Source: Gemmatimonadaceae bacterium (GTDB lineage Bacteria; Gemmatimonadota; Gemmatimonadetes; Gemmatimonadales; Gemmatimonadaceae). Taken from it: DNA of 43,101 bases. Within the stretch, counting starts at the first letter, position 1. Every line of letters begins with the position of its first letter. The stretch spans positions 1 to 43,101 of the forward strand of contig JANRJP010000032.1 of NCBI GenBank assembly GCA_033763905.1. Reading direction: 5' to 3'. The notes beneath the pieces were generated by a model. The model saw only the letters and a list, made by a program, of their open reading frames with translations. It was not told the origin of the DNA and made no database searches. Shown piece after piece: positions 37,302 through 43,101 of the stretch. The position numbers and the translations under genes are program-made.

Positions 37302-38093
37302 ATGTCTCCGCTCGACGCCCACGCGTGGGTCGCGCCGTTGCTTCGCGCCCCGCATCGCGTGCTCTTCCTCGACTACGACGGGACGCTGGTACCGCTGCAG
37401 CCCGATCCGGCGGCGCCGATCGACGCCGCGGCGCCGGATGCGTCGTTGCGCAGCCTGCTGGCCGACCTCCGCTCGCTCCCGGACACCGACGTGCACATCG
37501 TCTCGGGGCGCGACCGGCATACCCTGGGACGCTGGCTCGGGTCCGCGCGGCTCTCGCTGCACGCGGAGCACGGCGTGGTGTCGCGCTCGCCGCGTGGTCG
37601 GCAGTGGCGCACCACGGTGGACGTGCCGCCCGTGCCGGCATCGATGCGCCGCGCCCTCGCGCGGGCAGTGAAGGAACTCCCAGGGACGTGGATCGAGTGG
37701 AAGCCCACCGGCGCGGTCTGGCATTGGCGTGGCGCACAGGGCGACGCGGCGCCCGACGACGCACTCCGCATCGCGGTGGCGCTGGTGGATGCGTTGTCGG
37801 GGAGCGCGTGGCGGGTCGTGCCAGGACGACGGATGATCGAGATCCGGCCCGCCGCTGCCGGCAAGGGAGGCACGGTGACGCGAATCCTTGGCGAACATCG
37901 CGCCGCCCGACGTCAGCCGGCGATCCTCGTCGCGGGTGACGATACCGCCGATCTCGAGATGTTTCGCGCGGCCGGGCGCGGCGCACTGCGGGTGGCGGTC
38001 GGGCGGCGATTGCCGGGGGCCAGCGCGAGGGTCAGGGATGTGTCGGCCTTTCGAGAAGGTCTCGCGACACTGATCGCCAAGCTGCGGCGCTGA
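37302..38093 (+). CDS. otsB: Trehalose-6-phosphate phosphatase (HAD IIB)
   Basis: FLDYDGTLVP, IVSGR, AEHG, HWR, EIRP...KG and GDD..D motifs. ATG 37302 lies 7 nt after TAGGAT. Confidence 0.85.
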   Translation: MSPLDAHAWVAPLLRAPHRVLFLDYDGTLVPLQPDPAAPIDAAAPDASLRSLLADLRSLPDTDVHIVSGRDRHTLGRWLGSARLSLHAEHGVVSRSPRGRQWRTTVDVPPVPASMRRALARAVKELPGTWIEWKPTGAVWHWRGAQGDAAPDDALRIAVALVDALSGSAWRVVPGRRMIEIRPAAAGKGGTVTRILGEHRAARRQPAILVAGDDTADLEMFRAAGRGALRVAVGRRLPGASARVRDVSAFREGLATLIAKLRR

Positions 38094-38102
38094 GTCCGCG
38101 CC

Positions 38103-39560
38103 TCAGCGCCCGCGCCGAGCGGCCATCAACGCCTCGATTTCATTGGCTTCGCGCGGGAGCCGACTCACCCACTCGACGCCCGCCGCGGTCACGACGTAGT
38201 CGTCTTCGATCCGCACGCCGATATCGGCATAGCGTGCGACGGCCGCGCGCCGACGTTCGACGAATGCGCGGTTGCCCGGCGTGTCGGGGAGCGAGGCGAG
38301 CACATCGGCGCGCACATACAGCCCAGGTTCGATCGTGAACGCTGAGCCCTCGGCGAGCACGCCCGTGTCGTAGTACTGGTCCGGGTCGTGCACGTCGAGG
38401 CCAATGCCGTGTCCAAGCCCGTGCATATAGAACAAGCGCAGTTGCCGACAACGCCGCGGCGCATCCGCCGAGCCGCAGTCGTACATCGCGCCCGGTGCAT
38501 CGATCAGACCGAGGGCGGTCAGGCCGGCGGCAAGCACGGAGTCCGCCGAGCGCGACATCAGGGCGGCGTTGGCGCCGGGCGTCGCCGCCGCTTCGGCCGC
38601 TGCCTGTGCACGGCGGACGATGTCGTACACCGCACGGGCATCGGGTCGGAAGGTCCCGCTCACCGGATAGGTGCGCGTCACATCGGCGGCGTACCCCTGA
38701 AATGACGAGCCGATGTCGACCACCACCGTTTCACCGGCGAGCATCTGCCGTTCATTCGTGTTGTAGTGGAGAATCGTGCTGTTCGGCCCACTGCCTACGA
38801 TCGACGCAAAGCTCGGACGGTCGGCGCCGCGCCGCCGGAAGGTGTACTCCAGCAGGGCCTGCACCTCGTACTCGTACACGCCGGGTGCGATGCGCGACGC
38901 GATCTCTCGGTGCGCCTCGACCGTAATGTCGATGGATCGCCGCAGCAGCGCGAGCTCCGCCGCCGACTTTCGTCCGCGACGGCGCGTGATGAGGGCATCG
39001 GCGTCGTCCAGCGTGAGACCGGGGTGCCGCTGCACGATGGCATCAAGGCGTCGCTGATCGCGCCACACGAGCTCACCACCCTCCGACCGGTGCCGCACGA
39101 CACGGAGCGGACCGCTGCCGGCCGCCAGCAGCGAATCGACCAGACGATCCAAGTCACTCGCGGGTCGGGTCGCCAGCCCCGTGCGGCGCGCAGCGTCTCG
39201 TTCGCCGAGCCGTCGGCCGGTCCACACTTCCGCGTCGGGATTCTTCGGTTCCACCAGCAGCCACTGCGCGCGCATCGCGCCACGGCGTACCATCACCAGC
39301 GCCATACCTGGCTCGCGGATGCCCGTCAGCCAATCGGCGTGCGGGGTCTGCCAGAAGGACGAGTAGTTCTCCGGCGGTTCGCCGGCCCCGAGGACGAGCA
39401 CGATGCCATCGCCCGCATCATCGAGGATCGTCGCCCGTCGCGCTGCATACTCGGCGGCCGGAATTTGCGCCGCCGCGGGCGCCCCAACGACGATAGCGAC
39501 GAGCAGAGCCACGCCGCGCGACGCGCGACGGAGCATCTGGTGGACGTGGAGCAGGCTCAC
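38103..39560 (-). CDS. Exported Xaa-Pro aminopeptidase (M24B)
   Basis: Signal peptide, SIVGSGPNSTILHY, DIG, ADVTRT, HGLGHGIGLDVHD, EPGLY and RIEDD. Start is GTG 39560 or ATG 39536. Confidence 0.92.
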   Translation of the reverse strand: MSLLHVHQMLRRASRGVALLVAIVVGAPAAAQIPAAEYAARRATILDDAGDGIVLVLGAGEPPENYSSFWQTPHADWLTGIREPGMALVMVRRGAMRAQWLLVEPKNPDAEVWTGRRLGERDAARRTGLATRPASDLDRLVDSLLAAGSGPLRVVRHRSEGGELVWRDQRRLDAIVQRHPGLTLDDADALITRRRGRKSAAELALLRRSIDITVEAHREIASRIAPGVYEYEVQALLEYTFRRRGADRPSFASIVGSGPNSTILHYNTNERQMLAGETVVVDIGSSFQGYAADVTRTYPVSGTFRPDARAVYDIVRRAQAAAEAAATPGANAALMSRSADSVLAAGLTALGLIDAPGAMYDCGSADAPRRCRQLRLFYMHGLGHGIGLDVHDPDQYYDTGVLAEGSAFTIEPGLYVRADVLASLPDTPGNRAFVERRRAAVARYADIGVRIEDDYVVTAAGVEWVSRLPREANEIEALMAARRGR

Positions 39561-40144
39561 GGCGAGGGGGACTTGGGGGAACGCGTCGCCTCGAGGCGCT
39601 GCGCATACGCGCGCACCATCTCCCGCTGCGACTCGGTTTCGGGGGATCGGAGGAATCGGGCAACGGGTGCTTGCCCCAGCGGCGTGTCCCGCCAACGCCG
39701 ATCAACCTCGGCAATGGCGTCGTCCGCCGACCAGCCGTGCCACACCAGCAGGCCCGCAGCGACGAGTCCGGTGCGCCCGATCCCGGCGCGACAATGGATC
39801 GCCAGCCCGTCGGGCCGCGTCGCGAGTTCCTCGATCAGCGCCGCGTAGGCGTCGACACTTGGCGGTGTGCCGCCGTCGGGAATCGGCCGCGACCAGCGCG
39901 TCGGTACCCACAGGGCGCCGCCCGACCCTGCGCGACGGAACCCGAACACGGCCGGGTCGTACGGTGGCCGCTGGTCGCCGGCATCGGTCAGGTCCACAAT
40001 CACGGCCGGCGCGTACTGCGCCAGTACCTCCCATCGGGCCCGCGCAGTCTCGGTGTCGACCGTCGCACCGGGATGCTCGCTGCACACCACCGGCAGGTCG
40101 GGCAGGACGTAGTGGTTGAGCGGGCTCCGGGATTGATCGGTCAC
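39557..40144 (-). CDS. Protein-tyrosine / dual-specificity phosphatase family protein
   Basis: P-loop IHCRAGIGRTG, PIPDGGTP and SPETESQ. GTG start overlaps the ACAD stop (TAGTG). Confidence 0.85.
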   Translation of the reverse strand: MTDQSRSPLNHYVLPDLPVVCSEHPGATVDTETARARWEVLAQYAPAVIVDLTDAGDQRPPYDPAVFGFRRAGSGGALWVPTRWSRPIPDGGTPPSVDAYAALIEELATRPDGLAIHCRAGIGRTGLVAAGLLVWHGWSADDAIAEVDRRWRDTPLGQAPVARFLRSPETESQREMVRAYAQRLEATRSPKSPSP

Positions 40145-41304
40145 TACTTGAGCAGCGCCCGCGCGATCGTGTGGAGCTGCATGTTCGACGTGCCCTCGTA
40201 GATCTGCCCAATCTTTGCATCGCGCCAGAACTTCTCGACCGGATAGTCGCGCGTGTAGCCGTAGCCGCCGAAGAGCTCGATCGCGAGACCGGTCACCCGC
40301 TCGGCGACCTGCGATGACAGCAGCTTCGCCATCGCCCCTTCCTTCGCAATGTCGGCGCCGGCATCGCGAAGCCGTGCGGCATTGTAGACGAGGAGGCGCG
40401 AGGCTTCGAGCTCCGTGGCCGCCTGTGCGATCTGGAACTGAATCGCCTGGAAGTCCGCGAGCGGACGACCGAACTGCTGACGCTCCTGCACGTAGGCCGT
40501 CGCGGCGCCGAGCGCGCCGGCGGCCACGCCGATCATCTGCGCGCCGATGCCGATTCGCCCGCCGTTGAGCGTGTCGATGGCGATCTTGTAGCCGTTCCCG
40601 ACCGTCCCGAGCAGATTCGCCGCGGGGACGCGGCACTGGTCGAAGATCAGCTCGCAGGTGCTCGACGCACGGATGCCCAGCTTGTCTTCCTTCTTGCCGA
40701 CCGAGAAGCCGGGGAAGTCCTTCTCGACGATGAACGCGGTGATGCCCTTGTAGCCGGCCTCGGGGTTCACCGTGGCGAAGACGACGAACACCCCGGCTTC
40801 CGCGCCGTTGGTAATCCAGAGTTTGCGCCCGTCGAGCACCCAGTGATCGCCGTCCTGCACCGCCTTGGTGGCCAGGCCGAAGGCATCGGAGCCCGAGCCG
40901 GCTTCCGATAGCGCGTAGGCGCCGATCGTGTCCTTCGTCATCCGCGGCAGATAGCGCTGCTTCTGCTCGTCGGTGCCGTAGCGCGCGATCGGGTACATCG
41001 CGAGCGTGTTCTGGACGTCGACCAGAATGGCCGCGGCGCCGTCGACCTTCGACAGCTCCTCGACCGCAATCGTGACCATCGTCAGCGAGGCACCGGCGCC
41101 GCCGTAGGCTTCCGGGACTTCGAGGCCCATCAGCCCCATCTCGAAGTACTGCGCGATCAGCGCCGGATCGATCTTGCCGGCGGCTTCCATCGCGCGAACG
41201 CGAGGGGCGACTTCTCCGGCGGCGAAAGCGGCGACGGTCTCGCGAAAGAGCGCTTCGTCTTCCGAGAACTGCGTCAGGGGCGGATGCTGGGCGGAATTCG
41301 ACAT
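40144..41304 (-). CDS. Acyl-CoA dehydrogenase (short/branched-chain type)
   Basis: YALSEAGSGSDA, KLWITN, KEDKLGIRASST, GRIGI, RQQFG and RDAKIGQIYEGTSN. Confidence 0.96.
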   Translation of the reverse strand: MSNSAQHPPLTQFSEDEALFRETVAAFAAGEVAPRVRAMEAAGKIDPALIAQYFEMGLMGLEVPEAYGGAGASLTMVTIAVEELSKVDGAAAILVDVQNTLAMYPIARYGTDEQKQRYLPRMTKDTIGAYALSEAGSGSDAFGLATKAVQDGDHWVLDGRKLWITNGAEAGVFVVFATVNPEAGYKGITAFIVEKDFPGFSVGKKEDKLGIRASSTCELIFDQCRVPAANLLGTVGNGYKIAIDTLNGGRIGIGAQMIGVAAGALGAATAYVQERQQFGRPLADFQAIQFQIAQAATELEASRLLVYNAARLRDAGADIAKEGAMAKLLSSQVAERVTGLAIELFGGYGYTRDYPVEKFWRDAKIGQIYEGTSNMQLHTIARALLK

Positions 41305-43101
41305 TCACGAAATCTCTGGCGCGGGTCCGGCCCCGTAAACCCTCGGCACCCCAGCCGCCGCCCGCCGCGCCGACCACTGCATCAGGGCCCGGTAGAGCGT
41401 CGGCAGCACCAGCAGCGTCAGTGCGGTGCTCGTCAGCAGGCCACCAATCACCACCGTGGCCAGCGGCCGCTGGACTTCGGCCCCGGCGCTCGTGCTCAAC
41501 GCCATCGGGACGAACCCGAGGCCGGCGACCAGCGCCGTCATCAGTACCGGCCGGAGCCGGTCGGTGGCGCCCTCGCGAACCGCCCGTTCGATGTCGTAGC
41601 CCTTGGCCAAGAGCGCGTTGCAGTGGGTTACCAGCACAACCCCATTGAGCACGGCAATGCCGAAGAGGGCGATGAACCCGATACTCGCCGACAACGACAA
41701 GTTGAGCCCCCGTGCCCAGAGGATGGCCACCCCGCCGACCAAGGCGAACGGGACGTTGACCAGGACCAGCGCCGCCTCACCCGTCGAGCGGAACGAGAGC
41801 CACAGCAGCAGGAAGATCAGCCCGATCGCCGCCGGCACGACGTACGCAAGCCGCGACATTGCCCGCGTCTGGTTCTCGTACTGCCCGCCCCACTCCAGAT
41901 ACACGCCCGCCGGCAGCGGTACCTCGGCGGCCACGCGCCGCTTGAGCTCGCCGGCGAATCCGCCCAGATCGCGGCCGCGCACGTTCGTCAGCACGATCGC
42001 GCGCCGCTCGCCGTGTTCGTGGCCGATCAGTTCTGGCCCGGTCCCTGGAACCACCGTGGCGACGGCCGACAACGGCACCAGCGCCCCGGACGCCGTTCGC
42101 AGCAGGACCTGCGACAGCGTCTGCGCGTCGGCGCGCTGCGCGGGGGGGTAGGTCACCGCCAAACCGATGCGACGCGCACCGCGAATCACCTCGCTCGCCG
42201 TCTGCGCCCCCGTGGCGAGTTCGATGCCTTCCTGCACGTCGCGGATCGACATCCCGAGTCGCGCCAGGGCCTCGCGATTGGGTACGAGTTCGATCTGTCC
42301 CGATCCCTCGCTGATCTCGACCGCCACGTCCTCCGCCCCGCGCACCGACGCCACCACCTGACGGATGCGTTCCGCGATGGCGTTGTTCTGCTCGATGTCG
42401 GGCCCGAAGACCTTGATGCCAAGGTCCGTCTTGATGCCACTCTCGGCTTCGTCGAGGCGCATCGCCAAGGGCTGGGTAAAGGCCACCTCCAACCCCGGCA
42501 GCACCGCAAGCGCACTGTCGAAGACCGCCACGAGGCCGTCGCGATCGCGCGCGGTGGTCCACTGATCGCGCGGCTTCAGAATGACGTACAGATCGCCTTC
42601 GAAGAGACCCATCGCCTCCGTCGCGAGATCGGGCCGACCCTCCTTGGTCACCACCGTGACGACCTCGGGGAAGCGCCGCAGAATCTTCTCCGACTCGGTG
42701 GACAGTCGCGTCGCGTCGGCGAGCGAGATGCTGGGCAAGCGACGCGTGGTCACGAGGATCGCGCCCTCGTCGAGCTTCGGCATGAACTCGCTGCCAATGG
42801 CCAGCAGGGAACCAATCGCCACGAGCACACCAACCGCTGACACGAGCACGATGTTGCGCCCGTGGTGCAGCGCCCACTCCAGCACGCGCTCGTAGCGCGT
42901 ACGGATCACCTCGAAGAAGCGACTCGGCTTCTCCTCGTGATGATGCAGCAGCAGCCCGCTGATCGCCGGTACGTACGTCAGGGCCAGCAGCAGCGACCCG
43001 AGGACCGCCGCAACCACGGTGAAGGCCATCGGCTTGAACATCCGCCCTTCCATCCCGGTCAGCGTGAAGATCGGGATGTAGACGGCGACGATGATGGCGA
43101 T
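41305..43101 (-). CDS. CusA/CzcA family heavy-metal efflux RND permease (5' part off window)
   Basis: EGRMFKPMAFTV, EFMPKLDEG, GGQYEN, IGFIALFGIAVLNG, RLRPVLMTA and QRPLATVVIGGL. Confidence 0.95.
   Translation of the reverse strand: MAIIVAVYIPIFTLTGMEGRMFKPMAFTVVAAVLGSLLLALTYVPAISGLLLHHHEEKPSRFFEVIRTRYERVLEWALHHGRNIVLVSAVGVLVAIGSLLAIGSEFMPKLDEGAILVTTRRLPSISLADATRLSTESEKILRRFPEVVTVVTKEGRPDLATEAMGLFEGDLYVILKPRDQWTTARDRDGLVAVFDSALAVLPGLEVAFTQPLAMRLDEAESGIKTDLGIKVFGPDIEQNNAIAERIRQVVASVRGAEDVAVEISEGSGQIELVPNREALARLGMSIRDVQEGIELATGAQTASEVIRGARRIGLAVTYPPAQRADAQTLSQVLLRTASGALVPLSAVATVVPGTGPELIGHEHGERRAIVLTNVRGRDLGGFAGELKRRVAAEVPLPAGVYLEWGGQYENQTRAMSRLAYVVPAAIGLIFLLLWLSFRSTGEAALVLVNVPFALVGGVAILWARGLNLSLSASIGFIALFGIAVLNGVVLVTHCNALLAKGYDIERAVREGATDRLRPVLMTALVAGLGFVPMALSTSAGAEVQRPLATVVIGGLLTSTALTLLVLPTLYRALMQWSARRAAAGVPRVYGAGPAPEIS

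Noticed and set aside
40145..41377. 606-aa ORF fusing an unknown domain to the PTP
   Set aside because: The upstream part is an alternative frame of the acyl-CoA dehydrogenase. The PTP starts at GTG 40144.

Overview
This 43.1 kb window is GC-rich, gene-dense bacterial chromosome. Gene content and style suggest Gemmatimonadota, which is an inference. I found no rRNA, tRNA, CRISPR array, phage or IS element. From left to right it holds: a Kup K+ transporter (cut by the window edge) with a structured 5' leader; a tightly packed 12-gene minus-strand run (fused ccoNO, ccoQ, ccoP, ccoG, ccoH, a DsbD_2/TauE-like assembly factor, ccoI, ccoS, HD hydrolase, ECF sigma, putative anti-sigma, periplasmic helical protein); a 58-aa membrane protein missed by the ORF track; a cyclophilin; a TonB-C lipoprotein; a porin; nth with a non-canonical PolX-PHP; and a long stretch of hydrolases, peptidases and transporters. 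That stretch includes HDAC, two M28 peptidases, M42, an amidohydrolase, an S1/P1-like protein, an acyltransferase, YhhN, a Tat-signal aminotransferase, an OPT transporter, a BTAD membrane regulator, otsB, an M24 peptidase, a PTP, an acyl-CoA dehydrogenase and a partial CzcA/CusA. The best leads are (1) a candidate pseudoknot riboswitch-like leader with an alternative fold upstream of kup, (2) an ECF/anti-sigma/sensor and HD module translationally coupled to the cbb3 operon, (3) phased ~22-bp operator-like repeats and no FNR box upstream of ccoNO, (4) a PolX apparently lacking its third catalytic Asp, coupled to nth, and (5) recurrent leaderless-type promoters. All functional calls come from motif recognition by eye; no database searches were run.
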